Assembly: GCF_965263005.1 (NCBI RefSeq)
Contig: NZ_OZ253579.1
Coordinates: 1,731,668 to 1,795,667, forward strand
Reading direction: 5' to 3'
Length of the DNA: 64,000 nt
Source of the DNA: Candidatus Rariloculus sp.
GTDB lineage: Bacteria > Pseudomonadota > Gammaproteobacteria > Steroidobacterales > Rariloculaceae
The first letter of the stretch is position 1, and each line of letters starts with the position of its first letter. Below are positions 19,091-28,286 of the stretch, in pieces. A program made the translations under genes and the position numbers. Under the pieces are notes generated by a model that saw only the letters and a program-made list of their open reading frames with translations, was not told the DNA's origin and ran no database searches.

Positions 19091-21892
19091 TCAGGCCAAG
19101 TCCTTCAAACGCTGAAGCTGCCGCTCGAGCTGGTCGGCCTGCAGGCCAAATTCGTCGACTCTGGCGCGTTCCCTGGCGACGATGTCCGGTGGAGCTTTAT
19201 CGACGAAATTGGGGTTCGCAAGCTTGCGCCTGGCTTTGTCGACGTCGGAGCGAACCCGGTCGAGCTGCTTGCTCAGCCGCTTGCGCTCGGCCTCGACATC
19301 GATCAGGCCCGCGAGCGGCACGAGGATGCGCATCTCGCCGAGCAACGCCGTGGCGGAACCCGGCGCATCCTCATCGGAATCGACGCTTTCGATCGTCCCG
19401 ATCCCGGCGAGCCTTTGCAGGTAGGATTCGTGCTCGACGAGCCGCTGCCGGTCGCTTGCAGCCGCGCCTGCGAGCCTGACCGGCAGCGTCAGCACCCGGC
19501 TGATATTCATCTCCCCGCGTATCTGCCGCACTCCGACGATGAAGCCCTGGATCCAGGTCATCTCGGCCTCGGCGCCGGCGTCAGCCGCGAAGCTGTCTGC
19601 CTCGGGCATGCGTTCGAGCATGACCGTGTCGCTCTCGATACCGGTCCTGGCGCACAGTTGCAGCCAGAGCTCTTCCGTGATGAACGGGATCAGGGGGTGC
19701 AGCAGCTTGCAGAGCCCGCCGAGCACTTCGGCGAGCGTGGCTCGCGCCGCTCGCTGCTCGGCCGGGTTCGCGTCGTCGCCGGTCAGGATGGGTTTCGTAA
19801 GCTCGACGTACCAGTCGCAGAACTCGTGCCAGGTGAAGTCGTAGAGCACCTGCGCCATGAGGTCGAGCCGATAGCTTGCGTACGCTCGGTGCACTTCCTC
19901 GACGGTGCGGTTCAGACGGGACAGGATCCAGCGGTCCGCGACTGTAGCCCGATGGTCTCCCGCGCTCGGCTCGGGCAACTGATTGAACACGTACGCCGCG
20001 GCATTCCAGAGTTTGTTGCAGAAGCGGTGGTAGCCCTCGATACGGCCGAGGTCGAAGCGCACGTCCTGCCCCATCGTTGCGAGCGAGGCGAACGTATAGC
20101 GCAACGCGTCGGTGCCGTACGCCCGTATACCGTCCGGGAACTCCTCGCGGGTTATTCGTTCGACGCGGGACTTCAAGTGAGGTTGCATCATGCCCGAGGT
20201 ACGCTTCTCGAGCAGTGTCGTCAGATCCACGCCGTCGACGAGATCGATCGGGTCGAGAATGTTGCCCTTGGATTTGGACATCTTCTGACCTTCCTGGTCG
20301 CGCACGAGCGGATGGATGTAGACGTGGCGGAACGGGACGTCGCCGATGAACCTGAGCCCCATCATGATCATTCTCGCGACCCAGAAGAAGATGATGTCGA
20401 AGCCCGTGACGAGCACGGTTGTCGGATAAAAGGTCGCAAGCTCTTTCGTTGGGTCTGGCCAGCCCATCGTGGAGAACGGCCACAGCGCCGAGGAAAACCA
20501 GGTGTCGAGCACATCCTCGTCCTGCCGCAGCGCGACATCGTCGCCGAGGGCGTGCTTGCGCCGAGCTTCGGCTTCCGTGCGCGCGACGTAGATGCGGCCT
20601 GCGCCGTCGTACCAGGCCGGGATGCGGTGCCCCCACCACAACTGCCGCGAGATGCACCAGTCATGGATATTGCGCATCCATTCGAAATAGATCTTCGACC
20701 AGTTCTCCGGAACGAACCGCACACGGCCCTGCTCAACTGCCTCGATCGCGGGCCGGGCCAAAGGTTCGGCGCGCACGTACCACTGGTCCGTGAGCAATGG
20801 CTCGACGATGACGCCGCTTCTATCGCCACGCGGAATCATCGCTGCATGCTCGCTGACGCCGTCGAGCAGTCCGACCGCATCGAGATCCTCGACCACGCGT
20901 TCACGTGCTTCGAACCGATCCAGGTTTCGGTATCGCTCGGGCACGTTCGAGTTGAGCGCTGCGTCGCGATCGAAAATATTGATCATCGGCAGGTCGTGCC
21001 GGAGCCCGATCTCGTAGTCGTTGAAGTCGTGGGCCGGCGTAATCTTCACGCAGCCCGTGCCGAACTCGGGATCGACATAGCTGTCCGCGATCACCGGTAT
21101 CGAGCGTTCCGCGAGCGGCAGGCGCACCGTCTTGCCGACGAAATGCCGATATCTGTCATCCTCGGGGTGAACGGCAACGGCCGTGTCGCCGAGCATCGTC
21201 TCGGGCCGGGTCGTCGCGACGACCAGCACGCCTTCGGCGCCCTCGATGGGATAGCGGAAACGCCATAGCTTGCCTCGCTCCTCGCTGCTTAGCACCTCGA
21301 GGTCGGAAAGCGCCGTGTGGAGCTTCGGGTCCCAGTTTGTAAGCCGGGTGCCGCGGTAGATGATGCCCTCGTCGTAGAGGCGGACGAACACTTCGATCAC
21401 GGCCCGTGAAAGCGCGGGGTCCATCGTGAAGCAGTCTCTCGACCAGTCCACTGAAGCCGCGAGCCGTTCGAGCTGAGTATTGATCGTATTGCCGGACCGC
21501 GCCTTCCAGGCCCAGACGCGTTGCTCGAACGCTTCGCGGCCGAGTGCCTGGCGCGTCGTGCCCTCGGCCTGGAGCTGCCGCTCGACGACCATCTGCGTCG
21601 CGATGCCGGCATGATCCGCGCCCGGTTGCCAGAGCGTGTTCCGGCCGCGCATCCGGTGATAGCGCGTCAGCGCATCCATGATCGTGACCTGAAACGCGTG
21701 CCCCATGTGCAGCGTTCCTGTCACGTTCGGCGGCGGGATGACGATGCTGTAGGCCTCGCCTTCGCCGGACGGCGCGAAGTAACCCGAATCTGCCCAGCGG
21801 CGGTAGTGGCGCAGTTCAATCTCCGCGGGCCGGTACCTGTTGCTCACCAGGCGTCCTCCCGTCGTTCTCGTTCCTCTCGCATGACGGTTCAC
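19091..21892 (-). CDS. valS: valyl-tRNA synthetase
   Basis: 933-aa ORF. HIGH motif ([15 protein letters not shown]), KMSKS motif (QKMSKSKGN) and C-terminal coiled coil. The GTG start at 21892 overlaps the holC stop. An alternative GTG lies at 21847. Confidence 0.94.
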   Translation of the reverse strand: MNRHARGTRTTGGRLVSNRYRPAEIELRHYRRWADSGYFAPSGEGEAYSIVIPPPNVTGTLHMGHAFQVTIMDALTRYHRMRGRNTLWQPGADHAGIATQMVVERQLQAEGTTRQALGREAFEQRVWAWKARSGNTINTQLERLAASVDWSRDCFTMDPALSRAVIEVFVRLYDEGIIYRGTRLTNWDPKLHTALSDLEVLSSEERGKLWRFRYPIEGAEGVLVVATTRPETMLGDTAVAVHPEDDRYRHFVGKTVRLPLAERSIPVIADSYVDPEFGTGCVKITPAHDFNDYEIGLRHDLPMINIFDRDAALNSNVPERYRNLDRFEARERVVEDLDAVGLLDGVSEHAAMIPRGDRSGVIVEPLLTDQWYVRAEPLARPAIEAVEQGRVRFVPENWSKIYFEWMRNIHDWCISRQLWWGHRIPAWYDGAGRIYVARTEAEARRKHALGDDVALRQDEDVLDTWFSSALWPFSTMGWPDPTKELATFYPTTVLVTGFDIIFFWVARMIMMGLRFIGDVPFRHVYIHPLVRDQEGQKMSKSKGNILDPIDLVDGVDLTTLLEKRTSGMMQPHLKSRVERITREEFPDGIRAYGTDALRYTFASLATMGQDVRFDLGRIEGYHRFCNKLWNAAAYVFNQLPEPSAGDHRATVADRWILSRLNRTVEEVHRAYASYRLDLMAQVLYDFTWHEFCDWYVELTKPILTGDDANPAEQRAARATLAEVLGGLCKLLHPLIPFITEELWLQLCARTGIESDTVMLERMPEADSFAADAGAEAEMTWIQGFIVGVRQIRGEMNISRVLTLPVRLAGAAASDRQRLVEHESYLQRLAGIGTIESVDSDEDAPGSATALLGEMRILVPLAGLIDVEAERKRLSKQLDRVRSDVDKARRKLANPNFVDKAPPDIVARERARVDEFGLQADQLERQLQRLKDLA

Positions 21893-22323
21893 ATCCGGTG
21901 CGTGTTGAGCTCGCAGCCGCGGTCCCGGTAGAAACGATAGCGTTCGCGCCCGTGTTTCCGGCGCCCTTGATCGGCGTCGACGAGCTCGACGACACGTTCA
22001 TAGCGGCTGAAGAATTCGGGGACTTCGGTCGCCAGGTTGATCATCACGTTCCAATGTCCGCCGCCAGGCTCCTGGCCGCGGCCGATCACGACGGGTTCCC
22101 GCGCGGGCTCTGTCTCGTCGGGGCCGATGATTCTGTGCGGAACGAAACTCCCTTGCGAGAACGTCCACAAGAGCTTGTCAAGTTGCCTGCTTTCGCGCTC
22201 TGACGGCGCATTTATGAAGGTTTGCCGGCCGCTCCGCATGGCCTTGTCCGCAATTCGGCAGGCGAACTGGAGCCGTGCGTTGTCGGAATCCGTCGGAAGT
22301 ATGTAGAAATCGACCCGGGACAC
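21889..22323 (-). CDS. holC: DNA polymerase III chi subunit
   Basis: 144-aa [12 protein letters not shown]...[13 protein letters not shown] pattern. Canonical pepA-holC-valS order. Confidence 0.88.
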   Translation of the reverse strand: MSRVDFYILPTDSDNARLQFACRIADKAMRSGRQTFINAPSERESRQLDKLLWTFSQGSFVPHRIIGPDETEPAREPVVIGRGQEPGGGHWNVMINLATEVPEFFSRYERVVELVDADQGRRKHGRERYRFYRDRGCELNTHRM

Positions 22324-22329
22324 GGCGCC

Positions 22330-23811
22330 TCAGACGTTCAGCAGAAAATCGACGAGCAGCGGAACGGGCCGGCCCGTCGCGCCTTTGGAAGCCCCGGAAA
22401 GCCAGGCGGTGCCCGCGATGTCAAGATGGGCCCACCCCGTGCGGTCGGCGAACCGCGACAGGAAATGCGCGGCGCTGCTCGCGCCGCCGTCGCGCGATCC
22501 AATATTCGCGACGTCCGCGAAGTTGCTTTTCATGGCTTCGCCGTACTCGTCGTCGGCCGGCATGCGCCAGGCCTTGTCGAGCGATCGCTGGCCCGCCGCG
22601 AGCAGCCGTGCCGCGAGATCGTCGTCATTCGTGAACAATCCTGTATAGAGCCTGCCGAGCGCCACGACACAGGCGCCCGTCAGCGTCGCGACGTCGAGCA
22701 CATAGCGAGGCTTGAAGCGTTTTGCGTACGTCAGCGCGTCGGCGAGGATCAGGCGTCCTTCGGCATCGGTGTTCAGGACCTCGATGGTTTGCCCGGACAT
22801 GCTTTTGACGATATCGCCCGGCCTTGTCGCGCGGCTGCCGGGCATGTTCTCGCAGGCTGGAATCACGGCCACGACGTTGATCGCCGCTTGCAGCTCGCCC
22901 AGACTCTTCATTGTTCCGAGCACACCGGCCGCACCGCACATGTCGAACTTCATCTCGTCGAGTTTCGCGGAAGGCTTGATCGAGATGCCGCCCGTGTCGA
23001 ACGTAATGCCCTTGCCGCAGAGTGCAATCGGCGCTGTGCTTGCCGGTGCTCCTCGGTAGTTGAGTACGATGAGCCGCGCGGGCTCTTCGGCGCCGTGCGT
23101 AACCGATAGCAGCGCACCCATGCCCAGGCGCTCGATTTCGGGTTCGCCGAGAATCTCGATTTCGAAGTTGTCGTAGTCGTTCGCGATCGCCTGAGCAGCG
23201 CTTGCAAGGTGCGTCGGCGTGCAAACGTTGGCCGGACGGTTGCCGAGGTCGCGCGCGAGATTCACTCCGGCCGCGATAGCGGCGCCGTCGGCCGCGCCGC
23301 GCCGTGATTCCCGCGCCCCTTCGGCGTCTGCAACCGGAAGCCCCAGCCGCGCCAGCTTGATCCTGGCATCCGACCTGCTTTTGAGTTCGTCGAAACGGTA
23401 GACCGTGGAACGGAACGTCTCTACGCTTATGCGCGCGGAGTAATAGGCACTGACGTCCGCCGCATCGGCGTATGCGAGATAACTGATCGCGTCGCGCATG
23501 CCCGTGTTGCGCAACGCGTCGGCCGCGGCTGAGAGGGCCGAACGCAACTGTTTGGCCCCGAAATCGTCGCTGTTCCCGCAGCCGACGAGCAGCGCGCTCG
23601 CAGCCGCCGTTCCGTTGAGGCCGTAGACGAGGGCCGTGCGGCCCACCGCGCCGCCCGCGTTGCCCGACTTGACGAAGCGCGCGATCTGACCGTCTGTTGC
23701 CGTGTCGAATTCCCTGGTCGCGCCCGGCAACGGGCCGTTTTCGAACAAAGGCAATATTGCGCACGCGGTCTTCTGGCTCGCCGGTGCTCCCCGCTTGACG
23801 GGAAACTGCAT
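22330..23811 (-). CDS. pepA: leucyl aminopeptidase
   Basis: 493-aa ORF. M17 signature NTDAEGRLILADAL, plus GKGITFDTGGISIKP. Confidence 0.94.
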   Translation of the reverse strand: MQFPVKRGAPASQKTACAILPLFENGPLPGATREFDTATDGQIARFVKSGNAGGAVGRTALVYGLNGTAAASALLVGCGNSDDFGAKQLRSALSAAADALRNTGMRDAISYLAYADAADVSAYYSARISVETFRSTVYRFDELKSRSDARIKLARLGLPVADAEGARESRRGAADGAAIAAGVNLARDLGNRPANVCTPTHLASAAQAIANDYDNFEIEILGEPEIERLGMGALLSVTHGAEEPARLIVLNYRGAPASTAPIALCGKGITFDTGGISIKPSAKLDEMKFDMCGAAGVLGTMKSLGELQAAINVVAVIPACENMPGSRATRPGDIVKSMSGQTIEVLNTDAEGRLILADALTYAKRFKPRYVLDVATLTGACVVALGRLYTGLFTNDDDLAARLLAAGQRSLDKAWRMPADDEYGEAMKSNFADVANIGSRDGGASSAAHFLSRFADRTGWAHLDIAGTAWLSGASKGATGRPVPLLVDFLLNV

Positions 23812-23850
23812 GGATGTTCTCCTCAGGCTATGTCGATTCGGCTAACGGCT

Positions 23851-24012
23851 GGCAGCTCGTGGCACAAGTCCCGCTGCGTTCGACCGACGATGCATCCCGG
23901 CCGTCTGCGTTGCTCGTCGGTCGAATATTCCCGATATTCTCCCTCCTCGCGCCTTGCCGGCCGGGCGCCTCGCCGGTCTCGGCGCGACGCGCGACTTGTG
24001 CCACGAGCTGCC
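23851..24012. repeat. ~162-bp MITE/REP-like structured element, copy B (best-preserved)
   Basis: Perfect 20-bp terminal inverted repeat GGCAGCTCGTGGCACAAGTC...GACTTGTGCCACGAGCTGCC. Perfect 12-bp internal stem TTCGACCGACGA...TCGTCGGTCGAA. Lies in the divergent pepA<>lptF spacer. Confidence 0.92.
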
Positions 24013-24122
24013 GGATGCCGCTCGAACGGCAGCAGGCGGTTGCGTGCTTGCTGTTGACCGGCTTCCGGGGCGGCGGCTAGTGTACTCGATTCACTCCGGC
24101 CACTGGAAACGGGAGTCGCCGA

Positions 24123-25223
24123 TTGAGCCTGATCAGCCGCTATATCTTTCGTGAAGCTCTCGGCAGCTCCGTTGGGGCCACCGCCGTGCTGCTGCTCATA
24201 TTCATGGGCAATCAGTTTGCCGAGATTCTCGGCGACGCGGCCGCCGACAGGCTACCTAGAGACGTAGTGCTTGCGATATTCGGTCTGACGCTGCTCAGAT
24301 ACCTGACGCTGCTGTCGCCGATCGGCCTGCTGTTGGGGCTGATGCTCGCGCTGGCCCGCCTCAACCGCGATTCGGAGATGGCGGCGCTGTCGGCCTGCGG
24401 CGTGGGCACGGCAAAGCTGTTGCGGCCCATCAGCGTGTTGGCGATCCCGCTCGCGGTTCTCGTGACATGGCTTGCCCTGGTCAAGACGCCCGACGCAAGC
24501 CGCGAAATCGAGCAGATCAAATTCGAGGCCAATGCCAGCATGGACCTTGGTCAGCTCGAGTCCGGCAAATTCATCACGCCGGATTCGGGACGAACCGTGT
24601 TGTACGCTCAGGAAGTCGACGGTGAGGAACTCCGGGACGTATTTCTTCAGCGTGAGCGCGACGGGCAAATCGTCGTGATCCTCGCGGACCGCGCCGAGCG
24701 GATACGGGACGCCGTCACTGGCGTGCCGACTCTGGTGTTTTATGACGGGCGCCGCTACGAAGGCATACCGGGACAAAGCGATTTCTCGATCGCGGAGTTC
24801 AGGGAGCACGGGATTCCGATACGCGCGGACACCGAGCAGGAATTCGTCGAGAGCGTGGAGATCCAGCCCACCGCAGCGCTTTTCGGATCGGATGATCCCG
24901 AGGACCGGGCCGAGCTTCAGTGGCGCCTGTCCGCGCCATTGTCGTTGTTGATACTCGGCGCTCTCGCGATTCCGTTGAGCCGGACGTCACCGCGGGACGG
25001 CCGGTATGCGCGCGTCGGTGTCGCGTTCCTGATCTATCTGACTTACGCCAATACGCTTTCGATCGCGCGCGTCTGGGTCGAGCGGGACGAAGTGCCCGAG
25101 TGGCTCGGTCTGTGGTGGGTACACGTGACGCTCGCGGTAGTCGCGTCACTGCTCCTGTTTCGGGACTCCGGCGGGTTCGCGGGCTTGCGCGGAGCGCGGC
25201 CCGTAGCAGCGGCATCGACATGA
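24123..25223 (+). CDS. lptF: LPS export ABC transporter permease LptF
   Basis: 366-aa ORF. N-terminus SLISRYIFREALGS. Six-TM YjgP/YjgQ topology. Divergent from pepA as in E. coli. Confidence 0.9.
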   Translation: MSLISRYIFREALGSSVGATAVLLLIFMGNQFAEILGDAAADRLPRDVVLAIFGLTLLRYLTLLSPIGLLLGLMLALARLNRDSEMAALSACGVGTAKLLRPISVLAIPLAVLVTWLALVKTPDASREIEQIKFEANASMDLGQLESGKFITPDSGRTVLYAQEVDGEELRDVFLQRERDGQIVVILADRAERIRDAVTGVPTLVFYDGRRYEGIPGQSDFSIAEFREHGIPIRADTEQEFVESVEIQPTAALFGSDDPEDRAELQWRLSAPLSLLILGALAIPLSRTSPRDGRYARVGVAFLIYLTYANTLSIARVWVERDEVPEWLGLWWVHVTLAVVASLLLFRDSGGFAGLRGARPVAAAST

Positions 25224-26290
25224 GGCTGCTTCGCGCATACATCGTCGTCGCCATATTGCAGGGTGTCGCGCTCGTGCTCGCCGTGCTGGTTTGTGTTGGC
25301 GCGTTCATTGAGTTCGTCGGCCAGTTGGACGATGTCGGCGTCGCGAACTATGGCCTCGCTGAAGTGGCGACGTACGTCGCGCTCCGAATTCCGCGATTGA
25401 TCGTCGAGGTGCTGCCGATCGCCGCGCTGCTCGGTGCGCTGCTGAGCCTCGGTAATCTCGCCGTGCACCGCGAGCTCGTCGTCATGCGCGCGAGCGGCAT
25501 CTCGCAGATGGGCCTGCTCAGCGCCGTGGCGTTTGCGGGGTTCATGCTGCTGGTCGTCATGGTTCTGCTCGGCGAGTCGCTGGCTCCGTCGCTCGGGGCG
25601 TATGCGCGGGAGATGCGAACGCGGGCTCTGCTCGACGATGTCGGTCTCGCGGCGGGGGAGTCGACGTGGCTCAAGGATGGGGACAGGATCATCAACTTGC
25701 GAAGGCCGGCCGGAGGGCCGAGCTTCGGCCGCGAGGTGTTCCTGTTCGATCTGGCCGAGGACGGGACACTGCAGCAGGTCGCGCGCGCCGACTCGACCGA
25801 CATCGATTTGGACAATCAGCTCGTACTCGTCAATTATCAGGAAACGGCGTTCTCGCCCGAAGGTATGACCGTGCGCCGCGAGCGCGACGCGCGCCGCAAT
25901 TTCTCATTGAGCCCCGATCTTCTCGGTCTATCCATCGTGCGCGAGGATCTGCTGGACACGCGCAGCCTGGAGCGCTACATCGGGTATCTGCGGGATAATG
26001 AGCTCGATGCGGACCGTTACCTGGTCGCGTACTGGGCCCGTATCGCAAACGCCGTGTCCGTCGTGCTCATGACAGTGCTAGCTCTGCCGTTCGTGTTCGG
26101 CGGCCTGCGCTCCGCCGGCGCGGGCGCGAGACTCGTCGTCGGCCTTGTCATCGGACTGAGCTACTACGGGCTCGGCGAGGTATTCGCCAACAGCGGCGAA
26201 GTTTTCGATCTCGATCCGCTGCTCGTTGCGTGGACGCCAAGCGCGCTGTTGTTCCTCGTGACGCTCGGCGCCCTGGTCCGCGTCCGCTAG
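25220..26290 (+). CDS. lptG: LPS export ABC transporter permease LptG
   Basis: In ORF 24920..26290. Start ATG 25220 (MRLLRAYIVVAILQGVALVL) overlaps the lptF stop (ATGA). YjgP/YjgQ family. Confidence 0.9.
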   Translation: MRLLRAYIVVAILQGVALVLAVLVCVGAFIEFVGQLDDVGVANYGLAEVATYVALRIPRLIVEVLPIAALLGALLSLGNLAVHRELVVMRASGISQMGLLSAVAFAGFMLLVVMVLLGESLAPSLGAYAREMRTRALLDDVGLAAGESTWLKDGDRIINLRRPAGGPSFGREVFLFDLAEDGTLQQVARADSTDIDLDNQLVLVNYQETAFSPEGMTVRRERDARRNFSLSPDLLGLSIVREDLLDTRSLERYIGYLRDNELDADRYLVAYWARIANAVSVVLMTVLALPFVFGGLRSAGAGARLVVGLVIGLSYYGLGEVFANSGEVFDLDPLLVAWTPSALLFLVTLGALVRVR

Positions 26291-26744
26291 TGCTTTCACC
26301 TGACGTATTGACCTCAAGTATTTCAGGGGCCCGCCGTGAGTCTCGAGTAGCCGGCGTGGGCAAAGCCCCTCCTTTCGCGGGCCGCCGCTTGCGCCTCAAG
26401 GCTGTAACGCCGCGCCGCAACGCCTCGACGCCCTCGCGACGAACGCCGATGAGATATATGGGTCAAGCAGCCTGTCAAGCAGGTATATCCTTCGCCGGTA
26501 GCGGAATTCTTTCCACAAACTGGCTGAGACGTCACAAAACCGTCATCTTGGTGAACATTTGTCAGGTTAAAGTTCTGTTAACGGATATAAGCTACTGTTT
26601 ATTAACAATATGTAGTGGTTTTCTGCATTGTGGCTGTTTTCGGGCCTCTTCGAGAGTGTTCTTCTAAGCCCATGGTTGGCAAGAGTTTTCCACTGACTTA
26701 TCCACATGCGTAGTGTTCCTCGTTCGTACGCGGCGGGGCTCGGA

Positions 26745-26849
26745 TCAACCCTCGATCGGCTTGGCGCGGTCGCGAATCCTGAGGGTCGATGTGGCATTCA
26801 ACGGGCAGTTCGTGGCGGCCTCCCGGTCGGTATACCGCTTGCGCTTCAT
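26745..26849 (-). CDS. candidate 34-aa small ORF (hypothetical)
   Basis: Below the ORF-track cutoff. GGAGA lies 7 nt before ATG 26849. Translation MKRKRYTDREAATNCPLNATSTLRIRDRAKPIEG*. No family recognised. Confidence 0.2.
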   Translation of the reverse strand: MKRKRYTDREAATNCPLNATSTLRIRDRAKPIEG

Positions 26850-27008
26850 GTCGGGATCTCCTCACAGTCAAATTGCGAGAAAATCCCGCATCGCGCTTGG
26901 CTCGGCTTGTGGGGATACGGTCAATCCCGCGGCGCATCGCCGGCATCGCCGCTTGCTCGCCGTCGCTGCCGCGCCCGGACCGTTCAAATGGGGCGCCGGA
27001 CGGAACAG

Positions 27009-27317
27009 CTACTCTTCGCTGAGCTCTTCGATCACGACGGGCGAGGCATCGAATTTGACGGCGATGTCGGCTGAGGGAGGTTCGACTGCAATGGTCGGGC
27101 CGGAGCCTTCGTAAGGGAGCTGGGTCCTCTCGGGCGGCAGAGCAGGATCGCGGAACTCGGGTCTTCGCCAGCCATCGGGTGCCGGGATGAAATCCACGAT
27201 TCTGTAGTAACGCGTGGGATCGCGTTCGCGAAACTTCTGCGCGACCTCGCTCATCCCGAGCAGTATCGTGAATGTGATGAGCGCGCCGCCGATCGATGCT
27301 ATGACCAGTCGTGTCAC
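27009..27317 (-). CDS. membrane-anchored hypothetical protein
   Basis: 102-aa ORF. N-terminal TM helix LVIASIGGALITFTILLGM, then a Pro/Arg-rich and acidic tail. No family recognised. Confidence 0.45.
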   Translation of the reverse strand: MTRLVIASIGGALITFTILLGMSEVAQKFRERDPTRYYRIVDFIPAPDGWRRPEFRDPALPPERTQLPYEGSGPTIAVEPPSADIAVKFDASPVVIEELSEE

Positions 27318-27395
27318 TTTTTCGTGTGATTCGCGGGAAAGCTACACGACATCGTACTAGATTCCCGGCCGAAACGCCGCTGCGGCTTGACTTGG

Positions 27396-27480
27396 AAGCC
27401 CGTGGCGAAAGCCCCGCTGCATGGGGCGGAAGACCGCCTCGCCGGTCTCCGTGCAACGCCGGGCTGTTGCCTTGGGCTAC
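27396..27480. repeat. ~85-bp internally deleted variant of the MITE/REP-like element (copy C)
   Basis: Retains left-end GAAGCCCGTGGCGAAAGCCCCGCTGCA and right-part CGCCTCGCCGGTCTCCGTGCAACGCC...TTGCC..GGGCT. Lacks the central ~75 bp, including the TTCGACCG...CGGTCGAA stem. Confidence 0.7.
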
Positions 27481-27630
27481 AGGGCCCGCTACAGGCTCAC
27501 CGCCCGGTGGATGCACTCTCTTCGTCAAGGCCAAAGTCCCGTTGGACGAAGAGCTGCATTGCCCGGAGGGTCCCGTTCTTGCTATTCTGAACGTTCGTTT
27601 CCCGGCGTGTCGGCCCGTAACGAGAACGAT

Positions 27631-27900
27631 ATGAGTTGGCGTAAGCAGAACGACAAGCCGTTCGAGTTTCGGTCAGTCCACGAGTCCGAGCCACCGGACG
27701 GTGGTCAAGGCAACGATTGGGTGCGTTACGAGATCGTGCAAGGCCCTAATGTGATCACCGGTTATCGCCAGGGTTCGTTGCAATCGATCCAGGAGATCGC
27801 CGAAAAAATCGTCGTCGGCCTCAACGAGCGGCGATCGCCCAAGCGCGGGCGCGTGCAATTGACCCGGCTCAACAAGGCGACCAAGGTACGCGCATCGTAG
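27631..27900 (+). CDS. hypothetical small protein (89 aa)
   Basis: In ORF 27421..27900. ATG 27631 gives MSWRKQNDKPFEFRSVHESEPP...GRVQLTRLNKATKVRAS. The upstream part of the ORF runs through the short repeat. No family recognised. Confidence 0.5.
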   Translation: MSWRKQNDKPFEFRSVHESEPPDGGQGNDWVRYEIVQGPNVITGYRQGSLQSIQEIAEKIVVGLNERRSPKRGRVQLTRLNKATKVRAS

Positions 27901-27910
27901 TCCGCCCCCG

Positions 27911-28071
27911 GGCAGCCCGTGGCACAAGTCCCCCTGCATTCGACCGGCGATGCATCCCCGCTGGCTGCGTTGCTCGTCGGTCGAATATTCCCGATTTTCT
28001 CGCTCCTCGCGCCTTGCCGGCCGGGCGCCTCGCCGGTCTCAGTGCGACGCAGGACTTGCGCCACGGGCTGC
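27911..28071. repeat. ~161-bp MITE/REP-like structured element, copy D
   Basis: GGCAGCCCGTGGCACAAGTC...GACTTGCGCCACGGGCTGC. Full-length alignment with copies A, B and E. Confidence 0.9.
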
Positions 28072-28286
28072 TGGCCAGTCACGACTACTCCTTCGCATCC
28101 CCGGTACGCGGCGCTTCAAACGATCGTGAAGCCCCCGTTGATGCGAATGTTCTGGCCGACGCCCATATGGAACGTCGCTTGCGTCGCTTTGACAGCAGTG
28201 CAGCTTGCGGTGCGGGCGATTAAGCGCGCCGCGAGCGATATACTGCCGTGGGCGGATTGTCCGCCTGCATGCCGGGGAGAAAGCTC

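Noticed and set aside
19415-21268. 617-aa ORF antisense to valS. Similar long antisense ORFs occur at 197-856, 8462-9703, 13316-14563, 17291-18367, 22222-23109, 48275-50236 and 54890-55930.
   Set aside because: All lie opposite genes with unmistakable family motifs. Their translations are Arg/Ala/Gly/Pro-rich with no recognisable domains. Stop-poor antisense frames are expected at ~65% GC.
26461-26710. The AT-rich island with a DnaA box as the chromosomal origin (oriC).
   Set aside because: There is only one perfect box and two weak ones. There is no 13-mer AT-rich DUE repeat set, and none of the usual oriC-flanking genes (dnaA, dnaN, gidA, mioC) are present. It is kept only as a low-interest curiosity.
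26698-27534. 278-aa minus-strand ORF spanning the 27009-27317 gene region and the short repeat.
   Set aside because: It is an Arg-rich, low-complexity translation in a different frame from the more plausible 102-aa membrane-anchored ORF. It also runs through the repeat element.
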